64,000 nucleotides of DNA, taken from contig NZ_JBDWCL010000017.1 in NCBI RefSeq assembly GCF_039977835.1, forward strand, positions 72,403-136,402, read 5' to 3'. How positions within the stretch are numbered: position 1 is the first letter of the stretch; each line of letters opens with the position of its first letter. The translations under genes and the position numbers were made by a program. The stretch comes from Marinobacter sp. Its GTDB lineage: Bacteria; Pseudomonadota; Gammaproteobacteria; Pseudomonadales; Oleiphilaceae. Under the pieces are notes generated by a model, which searched no databases, was not told where the DNA came from, and worked only from the letters and a program-made list of their open reading frames with translations. Positions 48,558-59,326 of the stretch are shown in pieces.

Positions 48558-48852
48558 CTCCCTGTTCCCGGTTGCGGTCCTCTGGGGTGAAGCCCCTGAT
48601 GTGGAAGGCAAAGGCAAGAATCTCGGCAATCACCCGGTACAGTGACTCGGGAATTTCTTCATTCAGTGAAAGCCGCGCCAGGATACTCGCCAGTTCTGCG
48701 TTTTCGTACAAGGGTACGTTGTGCTCGCGGGCAATGCGGATAATCTCTTCCGCCAGTTCATGGGTACCGGTCGCCGTAATGGTAGGGGCTTTCTCACCAT
48801 CATAATTGAGGGCGACGGCAGCCTTGCTGGGGTGATCGTCATCTTTTTTCAT
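48535..48852 (-). CDS. Stand-alone FlhB C-terminal (FlhB-CC / FlhX-like, EscU/YscU family) protein
   Basis: AVALNYD...APTITATG..LAEEIIRIAREHNVP...EIPESLYRVIAEILAF parallels the FlhB region after NPTH; ATGA overlap with the upstream gene. Confidence 0.88.
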   Translation of the reverse strand: MKKDDDHPSKAAVALNYDGEKAPTITATGTHELAEEIIRIAREHNVPLYENAELASILARLSLNEEIPESLYRVIAEILAFAFHIRGFTPEDRNREQGVRPPDVF

Positions 48853-50201
48853 GCCCGGGTATCCACAAGTCTGTGTTCGAGTCGGGTGACGCTGCTCTGG
48901 GGTGTGCCACGGCGGCATTCCAGATCTGTTACCTCCAGGCCGAGGTCTGCCAGGCTCTGCCGCAAGGCGGGGAGTTCCTGATTCACCCGGCGCAGGGTCG
49001 TCTGCTTTTCTGCCCAGACACGGGCACTCACCGCCTGCTGTCGCAGAGCCACGTCGAAATGCAGGGGCCCGGCTTCATCCAGGTCCATGGCCAATGACAG
49101 CCGCCACTCGGCGGTTGGCCTTGTCGGAGATTTCCGTTCTGAATCCTGTTCTTCCAGGTACTGCTCAACCCGTAGCTGAGCCATCCTGGGTTCATTCTGA
49201 GGCGTCAGCCACGGCAGATCCAGCAGTAGCGTGGAAGCTGGTGGTGCCGCGTCACCGCCACCTCTGGCGGTCAATACCTGGCTATGCAACTGATTGACCG
49301 TAATGCGGTTAAGCATCCCTGCCAGCAGGCGAAGCATCTGTCCCACACTGGGCGGCTCGCCATTACCCTGGGGTGAGGGGGTTGTCATGGGTTGCGGGAA
49401 TTGCAGCGGTGCCTGCATCAGTTCGGGGGTGGCGATGGGTGTCAGCCGGTTGAATTGTTCCGGAGTGCTGCCTTGTTGGGCCAGCAATGCCGTAATGATC
49501 CTGCCGAGGGCCAGCTTGAGATCGGGAAGCTGGCTGGCAGGAGTCTGGGCCAGGCGCGACTCGGCAAACAGGCCGCTTTCCGAAAGCCATTGTCGAACCT
49601 GTTGTGGTGCTGTCGCCTCACTGCCGGAACCCGGCGCCAGCCCATTACTGGCGGGAAGCCTTGCGACCATTTGTTGGATAGCCTGCCGGGCGGCCTCCGG
49701 AAGTGGTTGGGCCGGTCTTGATGACGGTAGCTGGCCCGGTAACGGGTCCTGTCTGACGCCCTGCGTCATTGTCGCTACAAGTTTGGCCAGCCCGGCATCT
49801 ATAGACTGCTGCCAGGGCAGACGTTGGGCAAGGGCCCTGGCAATGCCAGCCTCCGGTGCCTGGGCCAGCTTGCCCATCAACTGCAATTCATTGCCGGCCC
49901 GCATGACTTTGACCCAGTCACCGGCTTCCAGGGCGGTATCCCCGATAGCGGCCTGAACGGTCAATGACTGGCCGCGGATTTCCAGTAGCAACTGTGCGCC
50001 GGTGGATGACTGGCGGTTGATCACTTCGGCCACCCGTGCCAGTGTGGTTTCCCGGTTGGCAAGTTTGAGCTGGTCGAGAAGAACCCGCGCGGATGCCGCC
50101 TCCGGCGTTGCCGCCGGTTGCTCGCCTGCCGGCCGGCTGGGGGCCGGCACGGGTGTATCTGTTTTTGGCGGTGGTATAGGGTTACCGTTTGGTAATTTCA
50201 T
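48849..50201 (-). CDS. Second FliK-like protein (FliK C-terminal domain)
   Basis: Pro/Gln-rich body; C-terminal WRLSLAMDLDEAGPLHFDVAL...ARVWAE...LRQSLADLGLEV; ATG at 50201. Confidence 0.78.
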   Translation of the reverse strand: MKLPNGNPIPPPKTDTPVPAPSRPAGEQPAATPEAASARVLLDQLKLANRETTLARVAEVINRQSSTGAQLLLEIRGQSLTVQAAIGDTALEAGDWVKVMRAGNELQLMGKLAQAPEAGIARALAQRLPWQQSIDAGLAKLVATMTQGVRQDPLPGQLPSSRPAQPLPEAARQAIQQMVARLPASNGLAPGSGSEATAPQQVRQWLSESGLFAESRLAQTPASQLPDLKLALGRIITALLAQQGSTPEQFNRLTPIATPELMQAPLQFPQPMTTPSPQGNGEPPSVGQMLRLLAGMLNRITVNQLHSQVLTARGGGDAAPPASTLLLDLPWLTPQNEPRMAQLRVEQYLEEQDSERKSPTRPTAEWRLSLAMDLDEAGPLHFDVALRQQAVSARVWAEKQTTLRRVNQELPALRQSLADLGLEVTDLECRRGTPQSSVTRLEHRLVDTRA

Positions 50202-50310
50202 TGCCACTGATTTGATGTCAGACAAGAGTATTCCTGAGACGCTTTCGTTATAATACGCCGCGCCGGCGAGGTTTGCCTTCCCGATCGTTTGAACCAGCTC
50301 TGGGGCCCCG

Positions 50311-50949
50311 ATGTCTGAGCCGTTACTACAGGCTGTCAATCTTGAATGTGAACGTGATGACCGGGTGTTGTTCCGGGACCTCTCGTTTTCCATACTGCCC
50401 GGTACTCTGATCCGTGTCGAGGGCCCTAATGGTTCCGGCAAGACCACTCTGTTACGGATACTGGCGGGGCTGAACGACAGTTACAGTGGCGATCTGCTCT
50501 GGTGTGGTAAAAGCCGCCACGGATACCGGGAAGAATTTCTCCGCAACATGCTCTATCTCGGCCATCGTCCCGGCATCAAACCCCTGCTGACTCCCATGGA
50601 AAATCTGCGCGCCCTGATGGATGGTCGTCGGTCATTGCCTGACAAGACCCTGTGGCAGGCTCTGGAAGGTACAGGGCTTGGCGGTTTCCAGACAGTACCC
50701 TGCCGTAATCTGTCCGCGGGCCAGCAGCGTCGGGTGGCCCTTGCCAGGTTACTGATAGCGGATGAGCCTTTGTGGATACTCGATGAAGTCTTCACCGCGA
50801 TTGATATCCAGGGAGTGGCGGCCCTGGAACGTTTGCTGATCGAGCGGGTGGAAAATGGCGGCGCCATCGTAGTAACCACACACCATGATTTGCGGCTGCC
50901 TTCGATGCAAAGGGTCACGCTGGGCGGAGGTGACGGTTATGGCCACTGA
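50311..50949 (+). CDS. ccmA: Heme export ABC ATPase CcmA
   Basis: GPNGSGKTT, LSAGQQRR, WILDE, TTH. Confidence 0.96.
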   Translation: MSEPLLQAVNLECERDDRVLFRDLSFSILPGTLIRVEGPNGSGKTTLLRILAGLNDSYSGDLLWCGKSRHGYREEFLRNMLYLGHRPGIKPLLTPMENLRALMDGRRSLPDKTLWQALEGTGLGGFQTVPCRNLSAGQQRRVALARLLIADEPLWILDEVFTAIDIQGVAALERLLIERVENGGAIVVTTHHDLRLPSMQRVTLGGGDGYGH

Positions 50950-51664
50950 ATTCACCGTCAGCGTGCGTTCTGCGGATGTGTCGGTGGGCACGGCCACTGC
51001 CATGAAAGCGGTTTTCGTCCGGGATCTGAAAACAGCCTTCCGGCAGCCCCAGGACCTGCTCAATCCACTGCTGTTCTTCGTGATGGTAGTAACCCTTTTC
51101 CCCCTCGGGGTTAGCCCGGAAGTATCATTCCTGCAGCAGGCCGGCGGCGGTATCCTGTGGGTAGCGGCATTACTGTCAGTGCTCCTTTCACTGGATCACC
51201 TGTACCGGCACGATTTTGACGATGGCACCCTTGAGCAATTGGTGCTTCAGCCCCAGCCTCTGTTCCTGCTGGTACTGGCCAAATCCCTGGCGCACTGGGT
51301 GCTGACCGGGCTGCCGCTGGTGCTGCTGGCCCCGGTTCTCGGGATAATGGTGCACCTTGAGGGGAACTCTGTTGCGGTTCTGTGTCTAACGCTGCTGATC
51401 GGGACGCCCGTACTGAGCCTGATCGGCTCCATCGGGGCAGCGTTGACGCTAGGCTTGCGGTCGGCCGGTGTGCTCTTGTCACTGCTGATCATTCCCCTGT
51501 ACATTCCGGTGCTGATTTTTGGCACCGGCACGGTGCTGGCCGCTGCTGAGGGCGCGCCGGTGACTGGACAGCTGGCACTGATGGGCGCGTTTCTGATGCT
51601 GGCCCTGACATTGGCGCCCTTCGCATCAGCCGCCGCTTTGCGAATCAGTCTGTCCAACAGTTAA
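50939..51664 (+). CDS. ccmB: CcmB
   Basis: LFPLGVSP, DFDDGTLEQL, PLYIPVLIFG. Confidence 0.96.
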   Translation: MATEFTVSVRSADVSVGTATAMKAVFVRDLKTAFRQPQDLLNPLLFFVMVVTLFPLGVSPEVSFLQQAGGGILWVAALLSVLLSLDHLYRHDFDDGTLEQLVLQPQPLFLLVLAKSLAHWVLTGLPLVLLAPVLGIMVHLEGNSVAVLCLTLLIGTPVLSLIGSIGAALTLGLRSAGVLLSLLIIPLYIPVLIFGTGTVLAAAEGAPVTGQLALMGAFLMLALTLAPFASAAALRISLSNS

Positions 51665-51686
51665 AACGTAGAAGGGTAGCAACCTG

Positions 51687-52430
51687 ATGTGGCAAATTTT
51701 TCACAAGCTGGGCTCTCCGAAGTGGTTCTTCGGTATTGCATCGACATTGATGCCCTGGTTGCTTTGGGTTGGCGTCGCCCTGCTGTTGGCCGGCATTGGG
51801 TGGGGGTTGGCCTTTGCGCCACAGGATTATCTGCAGGGCAATAGCTACCGCATTATTTTTATCCACGTACCCTCGGCGTTTCTGGCCCAGTCGGTCTACA
51901 TCATGATGGCCGTGGCGGGTCTGGTGACGTTGGTCTGGCGTATGAAGCTGGCGGATGTATTTGTAAAAGCTGTCGCGCCGGTGGGGGCCGTGCTTACCTT
52001 TCTGGCGTTGTTTACCGGGGCTGTGTGGGGCAAACCGACCTGGGGAACCTGGTGGATATGGGACGCCCGGCTCACCTCCATGCTCATCCTCTTGTTCCTG
52101 TATTTTGGTGTGATAGCTTTGGGCGCAGCCATATCGGATGAGAAATCCTCGGCTCGTGCGGTTGCCGTGTTGGTGCTGGTGGGGGTTGTAAATATACCCA
52201 TCATCAAATACTCCGTTGAGTGGTGGAATACCCTTCATCAACCCGCCACCTTCAAACTGACGGAAAAGCCCAGTATGCCCGCGGAAATGTGGGTGCCGCT
52301 GCTACTGTCGGTACTGGGGCTATACCTGATTTTTGGCTGGCTGGCCTGTTTGCGGATGCAGACCGAGATCCTGGCTCGGGAAGGCCGCACCCGCTGGGTG
52401 AAACAACTGGTCCAGGCAGGGGGTGACTGA
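51687..52430 (+). CDS. ccmC: CcmC
   Basis: [30 protein letters not shown]. Confidence 0.97.
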   Translation: MWQIFHKLGSPKWFFGIASTLMPWLLWVGVALLLAGIGWGLAFAPQDYLQGNSYRIIFIHVPSAFLAQSVYIMMAVAGLVTLVWRMKLADVFVKAVAPVGAVLTFLALFTGAVWGKPTWGTWWIWDARLTSMLILLFLYFGVIALGAAISDEKSSARAVAVLVLVGVVNIPIIKYSVEWWNTLHQPATFKLTEKPSMPAEMWVPLLLSVLGLYLIFGWLACLRMQTEILAREGRTRWVKQLVQAGGD

Positions 52431-52434
52431 CCCG

Positions 52435-52662
52435 ATGGCATTTGATTCGTTCGGCGCCTTTATCGTTATGGAAGGGCACGGCCCCTACGTGTGGACCTGT
52501 TACTTCGTGTTCTTCCTGCTCATGGGGGCCGTTGCGTACTGGTCCTTGCGCCAGCGTCGTTTCGTGATCAAGCAGCAGCGCCGCCGGATGGATAGCACAC
52601 CAGTGCGGGACCAGAGCCCAGCGGGCGCGAGTTTTACCCGAATTGAACCTTCACAAGACTGA
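52435..52662 (+). CDS. ccmD: CcmD
   Basis: MEGHGPYVW, single TM, basic tail. Confidence 0.9.
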   Translation: MAFDSFGAFIVMEGHGPYVWTCYFVFFLLMGAVAYWSLRQRRFVIKQQRRRMDSTPVRDQSPAGASFTRIEPSQD

Positions 52663-52676
52663 GTGGTAGACGAACC

Positions 52677-53153
52677 ATGCATCCGATCCGGAAGAAACGG
52701 CTCACCATTATCCTTTTCCTGCTTGCCGGAGTGTCAGTGGCGGTAGGGCTGACCACCTATGCGCTACGGCAGAACATAAACCTGTTTTATGACCCCAGCC
52801 AGATTGCGGAGGGCGAAGCTCCGGTGGATGTGCGCATAAGAGCCGGCGGTATGGTGGAGGAAGGTTCCGTAATAAGGGATCCTGAAAGCCTGAGGGTCGA
52901 GTTCAAGGTAACGGATTTCACATCTTCGGTATTGATGGAATACACCGGTATCCTGCCGGATCTGTTTGCCGAGGGTCAGGGCGTTGTTGCCATGGGGCGT
53001 CTGGATGGCAATGGTCGCTTCGTGGCGGACCAGGTGCTGGCAAAACACGATGAGAATTACATGTCCCCCGAAGTGAAAGAGGCAATGGATAAAGCGGCGG
53101 GTAAACGTGCTGCCCTGCCTGACGGCCATGGCGAAGCTACTGCCAGCTACTGA
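52677..53153 (+). CDS. ccmE: Heme chaperone CcmE
   Basis: [24 protein letters not shown]. Confidence 0.97.
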   Translation: MHPIRKKRLTIILFLLAGVSVAVGLTTYALRQNINLFYDPSQIAEGEAPVDVRIRAGGMVEEGSVIRDPESLRVEFKVTDFTSSVLMEYTGILPDLFAEGQGVVAMGRLDGNGRFVADQVLAKHDENYMSPEVKEAMDKAAGKRAALPDGHGEATASY

Positions 53154-53192
53154 AATCGCTGGCCACCCTGTTGAATTAGTTGGAGAACCCTG

Positions 53193-55205
53193 ATGTATCC
53201 GGAGCTCGGACAAATCGCACTGATACTCGCGCTGTTGCTGGCAGTGTTGCTTTCCGTGGTCCCGCTTGTGGGCTCGGTGGCAGGGCGTGACCAGTTGCAG
53301 GCCTTTGCCAGGCCACTTTCAGCCGGGATGTTTGTGTTTGTGGCGCTGGCCTTCGGGATACTGACCCGCGCCTTTGTAACGGACGACTTTTCCGTGGCTT
53401 ATGTGGCCAACAACAGCAACAGCATGCTGCCCTGGTACTACAAGTTCAGTGCGGTCTGGGGCGGGCACGAGGGCTCGTTGCTGCTGTGGATACTGATGCT
53501 TGTGGGCTGGACCCTGGCGGTTGCGGTGTTCAGCCGTCGCCTGCCCGCGGTGATGGTCTCCCAGGTACTGGCAGTCCTTGGCATGGTCACGGTGGGGTTC
53601 CTGCTGTTCACTATCATCACCTCCAACCCCTTCGACCGGACACTCCCAAACGTACCGGCGGACGGAGCCGACCTGAACCCCCTGTTGCAGGACTTCGGCC
53701 TGATTGTTCATCCGCCGATGCTTTATATGGGTTATGTCGGCTTTTCAGTAGCGTTCGCCTTTGCCATTGCGGCTCTGATTAACGGCAAGCTCGACGCCGC
53801 CTGGGCGCGCTGGTCCCGCCCCTGGACAACCGTGGCCTGGGCGTTCCTGTCGCTGGGTATTGCCCTGGGCAGCTGGTGGGCCTACTACGAGCTTGGCTGG
53901 GGTGGCTGGTGGTTCTGGGACCCTGTGGAAAATGCCTCCCTGTTGCCATGGCTCTCGGGTACGGCATTGATGCACAGCCTGGCCGTCACTGAGAAACGGG
54001 GCGTGTTCAAAAGCTGGACGGTCCTGCTGGCTATTGTCACATTTTCCCTGAGCCTGCTCGGGACCTTCCTGGTGCGTTCGGGTGTGCTTACATCCGTGCA
54101 TGCCTTTGCGTCTGATCCGGATCGGGGCACCTTCCTGCTGGTGCTGCTGGCGATCACCATCGTCTCCAGCCTGACCCTGTATGCGTTCCGGGCGCCGGTG
54201 GTGCATGTCCGGTCCCGCTATGGAAGCCTTTCACGGGAAATATTCCTGCTGCTGAACAATGTGCTGCTGGTGGCCGCGACACTGCTGGTCCTGGTGGGAA
54301 CCCTGTATCCGCTGGTACTGGATTATCTTGATATGGGACGGCTTTCCATTGGCGAGCCGTTCTTCAGCCTGACCTTCAGCCCGTTGGCGATTGCTGCCGG
54401 TCTGTTACTGGGTGCTGGCATATTTTCGCGCTGGAAAAAAACCGACGGTGGTTGGCTGGGGCGCAAGCTGCTTTGGCCCCTGGCGGTCAGCGTGGTGGTC
54501 ACCGCGGCGGTTATGGTGGGTTATGGAGAGTTCAAACCCTGGGCCTTCGCTGGCGTCTTCGCCGCCGTGTGGGTAAGTGTTGCCACCTTCTGGGATCTCT
54601 GGGACAAGTCCGGTTCCAAAAAAGGCCGGCTCTATGGGCTGCGGCGCCAGTCGCGCAGTTATTACGGCATGGTGCTCGGGCATCTGGGGCTGGCTATCAC
54701 CATGGCCGGTGCCACGGTGGTATCCAACTATGGGGTAGAACGGGATGTGAGGATGTCCCCGGGGGATACGGCCTCAGCGGGAGGCTACCAGGTAACATTT
54801 ACGGAAATTGGCAATCGTCGCGGCAAGAACTTTACTGCGGAATACGGGCGCTTTGAGGTCTCCGATAGCAATGGGCGGGTGGTTTCGACCCTTTACCCGG
54901 AAAAACGTCAGTACATGGTGCAGCGCAACACCATGACGGAAGCCGGGATAGACGCCGGCCTGTTCCGGGATGTGTTCGTGGCTATCGGTGAGCGTGTTTC
55001 CGACGATGCCTGGGCAATTCGCCTGCAATACAAGCCCCTGGTGCGCTGGTTGTGGCTCGGTTCTCTGTTCATGGCTGCCGGTGGCTTCCTGGCGATCTCT
55101 GACCGCCGTTATCGTATCCGCGACAAGGTAACCGAAACACAGTCTTCAACGGCTTCGCAGGATGGCGACAGAAGCCGTCCTGATCCGGCGGGGGCTTTGT
55201 CATGA
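53193..55205 (+). CDS. ccmF: Heme lyase CcmF
   Basis: WGGHEGS, HPPMLY, WGGWWFWDPVEN, SVHAF. Confidence 0.98.
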   Translation: MYPELGQIALILALLLAVLLSVVPLVGSVAGRDQLQAFARPLSAGMFVFVALAFGILTRAFVTDDFSVAYVANNSNSMLPWYYKFSAVWGGHEGSLLLWILMLVGWTLAVAVFSRRLPAVMVSQVLAVLGMVTVGFLLFTIITSNPFDRTLPNVPADGADLNPLLQDFGLIVHPPMLYMGYVGFSVAFAFAIAALINGKLDAAWARWSRPWTTVAWAFLSLGIALGSWWAYYELGWGGWWFWDPVENASLLPWLSGTALMHSLAVTEKRGVFKSWTVLLAIVTFSLSLLGTFLVRSGVLTSVHAFASDPDRGTFLLVLLAITIVSSLTLYAFRAPVVHVRSRYGSLSREIFLLLNNVLLVAATLLVLVGTLYPLVLDYLDMGRLSIGEPFFSLTFSPLAIAAGLLLGAGIFSRWKKTDGGWLGRKLLWPLAVSVVVTAAVMVGYGEFKPWAFAGVFAAVWVSVATFWDLWDKSGSKKGRLYGLRRQSRSYYGMVLGHLGLAITMAGATVVSNYGVERDVRMSPGDTASAGGYQVTFTEIGNRRGKNFTAEYGRFEVSDSNGRVVSTLYPEKRQYMVQRNTMTEAGIDAGLFRDVFVAIGERVSDDAWAIRLQYKPLVRWLWLGSLFMAAGGFLAISDRRYRIRDKVTETQSSTASQDGDRSRPDPAGALS

Positions 55206-55738
55206 AGCGAGTGTTTCTGTTCATACCGGTGATTGTCGCGGTGGTACTTGGTGTGGTTCTTTTTGCCGGCATCGGCAAGGACCCCAATAAGCTGGAGTCG
55301 GCACTGATCGGCAAACCGGTGCCGGAATTCCGGTTGAAGGACCTTCACGATGAAGAGCGTGAACTGACCCGCGAGGTATTCAAAGGTCAGGTATCGCTGT
55401 TGAATGTGTGGGGGACCTGGTGCCCCGCCTGCCGCGATGAGCATGACGACCTGGTCTGGCTGGCAGAAGACAAGGGCGTTCGCATTGTAGGCCTGAACTA
55501 CAAGGACAACCGTGACGATGCACTGGTCTGGCTGGATAAACTGGGGGACCCGTATCAGGTGTCCATCTATGATCCCCGTGGCCGGCTGGGTTTTGACCTG
55601 GGTGTCTACGGTGCACCGGAGACCTACGTAATCGATGCCGAAGGCATCGTGCGCCACCGCCATGTTGGGGTAGTCAACGAGAAAGTCTGGGAGCGGGATA
55701 TTGAACCCCTGGTTAACCGTTACCGGGAGAAGATCTGA
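55202..55738 (+). CDS. ccmG: Thiol:disulfide oxidoreductase CcmG/DsbE
   Basis: WGTWCPAC, GVYGAPET. Confidence 0.96.
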   Translation: MKRVFLFIPVIVAVVLGVVLFAGIGKDPNKLESALIGKPVPEFRLKDLHDEERELTREVFKGQVSLLNVWGTWCPACRDEHDDLVWLAEDKGVRIVGLNYKDNRDDALVWLDKLGDPYQVSIYDPRGRLGFDLGVYGAPETYVIDAEGIVRHRHVGVVNEKVWERDIEPLVNRYREKI

Positions 55739-56220
55739 TGATTCGTGCTGTACTGGCGGCGTTGTTACTGATGACATTCGGGCCTTCGTCAGTGGCCCAG
55801 TCCAACGATGTATACAGTTTCGATTCCCGCGCGGAAGAACAACGGTTCCAGACCCTGATCTCGGAGCTGCGCTGCCCCAAGTGCCAGAACCAGAACATTG
55901 CGGATTCCAACGCCCCGATATCCAAAGATATGAGGGAGGAGGTCTACCAGATGATGTCGGAAGGCGCCCGCAACGAAGAAATCGTCGATGCCCTGGTCAG
56001 TCGCTTCGGTGAGTTTGTACGCTACAAACCCGAGGTAGACCGCCGCACGATTCTGCTGTGGGCCACCCCGGTGATTGCAGTGGCGGTTGGTTTTCTTGTG
56101 GTGGCCATTATCGTGATACGCGCCCGTCGAAATGGCGTAAACGAACCCGCGTTGACGGACGAAGAGCGAACCCGGGCCTCCCGGATTCTCGCTGAGGGTG
56201 ATTACGATCGTAAGCCCTGA
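55738..56220 (+). CDS. ccmH: CcmH
   Basis: LRCPKCQNQ, FGEFVRYKP. Confidence 0.96.
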   Translation: MIRAVLAALLLMTFGPSSVAQSNDVYSFDSRAEEQRFQTLISELRCPKCQNQNIADSNAPISKDMREEVYQMMSEGARNEEIVDALVSRFGEFVRYKPEVDRRTILLWATPVIAVAVGFLVVAIIVIRARRNGVNEPALTDEERTRASRILAEGDYDRKP

Positions 56221-56292
56221 TTCGTGGGTTTTCAGCCCTTCAGTATCGCAATGTTTTCACTCATTTCCCATTAACCGGACCATGACTGCTCC

Positions 56293-57570
56293 ATGACACA
56301 GACGTTCTGGCTCACCACAGCCGTAATGATCATACTGGCGCTGGCCTTTGTTATCGCCCCCCTGTTTTTTTACCGTTCGGGCCGTCGTGCCGAGCTGGAC
56401 CTGCGCAATCAGAATCTGCTGGCTTATCGGAGCCGGATGGCAGAGCTGGACAGCGAATTTGAGGCGGGAGCCATGGACGAGGACAGCTACCGGCAGCTCC
56501 GGGAAGAACTGGCAGGTAGCATGCTGGATGATGTGCCGGACGCTGACCAGGGTGTGCTGGAATCTCCGGCGCAAGTGCATGGCGGCAAAAGCTCCTTTGC
56601 CGTGGTGCTTGCCAGCCTGGTGATCGTCCCGGCCGCAGCTGTGTTTCTGTACCAGCAGTGGGGCGCAATGGACGAGGTGGAACAGTTCCGTTCCATGCAG
56701 GAAATGATGGCGGCGGATGGGGACCGGCTTGGTCAGATGCAGGAGCTTACGGCCCAGTTGCGGGAGCGCCTGGAGGAGAAGCCCGACAATACGGAAGGCT
56801 GGGCGATGCTGGGCCGCACTTATATGCGCCTGGAACAGTACAGCGATGCTGCGTGGGCCTTTGAACAGCTTGCCGGTAGCATTGACGAAGACGATAACGG
56901 TAAGGCGGTAGCGTGGGGGCTGGCCGCCCAGGCCCGGTTTTTTCTGACTCAGGGCGAGATGACGCCCGAGGTGACCGGAACCATCGAGAAAGCCAGGGAG
57001 CTTAACCCGGACGAGGTGAACTCACTGGGACTGTTGGGCATCCATGCCTTCAGCCAGGAAGACTATGAGGAGGCGATTCGCTATTGGGAGCGCATTGTTG
57101 CGGTGGCGCCGGATCATCCCCAGATCGGTTCTATCCGCCAGGGTATTGAGCAGGCCTATCAACGGCTTGGTCGTGAGGCACCAGCGCAGGAATCGGAGGT
57201 GGCTGCCGGGCCGGGCGTTACCGTGCGGATAGAAATTGCCGAGTCCTTCCGCGACCAAGTACCGGACGACACCACTTTGTTTGTATTGGCTCGCAGAGCC
57301 GAGGGGCAGGGTGGGCCGCCACTGGCAGTAGCCCGACTGACCGCCGGCCAGTTACCGGCAGATGTACGGCTGGATGACCGTTTCAATATGTCACCGGATG
57401 CAAAGGTTTCGGAGGCCGGCGAGGTGCGTGTACAGGCAAGACTGTCACAGTCGGGAACGGCGCGGCCTCAGGCTGGCGATTGGGAGGGCGAACTGGACGA
57501 GCCGGTGCCGGTGACAGGCACCGATGCTGACCCCGTCACCCTCGTTATCGACACCCGGCTTGTGCGATAG
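56293..57570 (+). CDS. ccmI: CcmI/CycH (TPR plus C-terminal domain)
   Basis: Two TMs, YRSRMAEL, TPRs (EGWAMLGRTY), C-terminal PPLAVARL...ARLSQSG. Confidence 0.92.
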   Translation: MTQTFWLTTAVMIILALAFVIAPLFFYRSGRRAELDLRNQNLLAYRSRMAELDSEFEAGAMDEDSYRQLREELAGSMLDDVPDADQGVLESPAQVHGGKSSFAVVLASLVIVPAAAVFLYQQWGAMDEVEQFRSMQEMMAADGDRLGQMQELTAQLRERLEEKPDNTEGWAMLGRTYMRLEQYSDAAWAFEQLAGSIDEDDNGKAVAWGLAAQARFFLTQGEMTPEVTGTIEKARELNPDEVNSLGLLGIHAFSQEDYEEAIRYWERIVAVAPDHPQIGSIRQGIEQAYQRLGREAPAQESEVAAGPGVTVRIEIAESFRDQVPDDTTLFVLARRAEGQGGPPLAVARLTAGQLPADVRLDDRFNMSPDAKVSEAGEVRVQARLSQSGTARPQAGDWEGELDEPVPVTGTDADPVTLVIDTRLVR

Positions 57571-57574
57571 CCCC

Positions 57575-59326
57575 TCAGTTTCCGCTGGTTCGCAAGCCGT
57601 CCGGGTAAAGTGGTGGTAACGGCTCGGTTTTACCGTCCGAATGGGCGGAACCGCGAATCCGGATCAACGTTGCCACCAGGCGGTCCCCGTCCCAGGGTGA
57701 TGAGGCATGCTGTTCTGGCGTGCCGAACAGCCGCTGTTGTAACTGCTCTATCTCTGCCGCCAGCTCTTTGTCCTGAAGGAAGTGATTAACATCGGCCACG
57801 CTGTGGAAAGCGGTGGCCGGATGCCGTGCGGCCATCCAGCGCACCAGCAAATCGGCGGCGGTTGGTGAACCAGCATGGGCCGCATCACATAGCTCCCGGA
57901 ACTGCGCTTTTTCACGGGCCTCACGGGGAGTCTCGACGGGTGACGGAGTGCGCGCCTTGCGCCTCGACATCCACCAGGCCGCAGCGGTTGCCATCCAGGC
58001 TCCAAGAAATACCAGTGTGGCCACTGGCCAGAAGCCAGGGCCCGTGTTCCCTGCCGCTGTGCCGTCCATATCCTCTCCCCCGTCTTCAGCAGCAACATCC
58101 GCCTGGTTGGGTGGATCTGAGGGCAAGGTCTCGATCTGTCCGGGGATTGCTTCAATGGTAAGGGGCCTGGCCGGGACCACGGCAACCCGTTCGGTGTTGC
58201 TTTCGGTATCCCACCAGGGGATGCGGATTTCCGGCAAGATCAGTTGGCCCGGCTGGACTGGCACCAGTGCCGTTGTCTGCGCCAGTCGGGATGCCAGTCC
58301 CTCCTTGCCGGGAGTAGTTGTACGTTCTGGCTTCTCCGGATACGCCCGCACACCGTCCGGCATCTCGTCAGGGAAGGGCGGCAGGGTCTCGGCGGGCAAG
58401 CCGTCAGCTTGCAGTGTCAGGGTTCGGGTTAGGTTCTGGCCCGCGGTCAGTGTCTGATTCTGAGGCAACCCGGATTCGTTCAGCTCCAGGTTACGTGCCG
58501 GCAGCCAGGTATCACCGCTGAAATTCGCAGGTACGCCCTTTACGGGCACATCGAACAGGGTGGCATTATCCCGCAGGAATTTCAGCTGACCGTCGTTATT
58601 ACGGGCCTGACCTTCAAACCGGACGGGTGGCAGGCTGAGCTGTCCCTCTCTTTGCGGGAAGATCGCGTACCGCCGTTCCACCACCCGGTAGCGCACGCCG
58701 TCCCGGTAACGCGTGTACTCGCTTTGCTTGCCCAGGGATTCAATGATGGCGTGGGGATGCTCGGGCTCTGACAACTCGCCACGAATGAGGTTGCCGGTGA
58801 AGAACAGCCTGATGGTCAGCACCAGCTGCTCCTGCACGTAGACTTCATCTTTGTCGGCCGTCAGTTCGATAAAACTTTCCCGTGAGGCATCCGCTTCCTG
58901 GTCGGGTGGCGTGCCGCTGATCACTTCGATAGTGACCGGGTCGGACTCCGAATCCCGGAATTTGAACCCGGGAATCGTCAGCTCGCCGGTGGTTTTTGGG
59001 GCCAACTGATACGTCCAGGTGATCTCGCCGATCATTTCGTTGTTGACAGTGCGGATGGAGTACTGCTGATTACGGGCCAGGATCTCGAAATCGTCCTCTA
59101 CTTTCTCGATGTCCGGCTTGGGCAGGCTGGACATGTCGAAATCAAACAGGTTGCCGAGATTGATATCGATCTTGGTGCTGCCTTTCACCGTCAGGGTGAG
59201 CACTTCGCCTTCGTAAAGACGCGTCCTGTCCGGCTCAACGATGAGGTCATTTGCCGCCATGGCCTGTCCCGCCATGGCCAGAAGCAGCGATATCAGAATA
59301 AACGGATAGGTCAGCCGGCTTACCAT
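57575..59326 (-). CDS. batD: BatD-family protein
   Basis: Signal peptide, repeated Ig-like segments (EVYVQEQLVLTI, RRYAIFPQREG, GQNLTRTLTLQA), late TM. Confidence 0.85.
   Translation of the reverse strand: MVSRLTYPFILISLLLAMAGQAMAANDLIVEPDRTRLYEGEVLTLTVKGSTKIDINLGNLFDFDMSSLPKPDIEKVEDDFEILARNQQYSIRTVNNEMIGEITWTYQLAPKTTGELTIPGFKFRDSESDPVTIEVISGTPPDQEADASRESFIELTADKDEVYVQEQLVLTIRLFFTGNLIRGELSEPEHPHAIIESLGKQSEYTRYRDGVRYRVVERRYAIFPQREGQLSLPPVRFEGQARNNDGQLKFLRDNATLFDVPVKGVPANFSGDTWLPARNLELNESGLPQNQTLTAGQNLTRTLTLQADGLPAETLPPFPDEMPDGVRAYPEKPERTTTPGKEGLASRLAQTTALVPVQPGQLILPEIRIPWWDTESNTERVAVVPARPLTIEAIPGQIETLPSDPPNQADVAAEDGGEDMDGTAAGNTGPGFWPVATLVFLGAWMATAAAWWMSRRKARTPSPVETPREAREKAQFRELCDAAHAGSPTAADLLVRWMAARHPATAFHSVADVNHFLQDKELAAEIEQLQQRLFGTPEQHASSPWDGDRLVATLIRIRGSAHSDGKTEPLPPLYPDGLRTSGN

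Noticed and set aside
50280-50293. GATCGTTTGAA PsrA-like half-site before ccmA
   Set aside because: Left half of the palindrome is missing
50202-50447. 82-aa N-terminal extension of the FliK-like ORF in the ORF track
   Set aside because: Overlaps ccmA on the other strand and its promoter region (TATAAT at 50249-50254); ATG 50201 is more plausible
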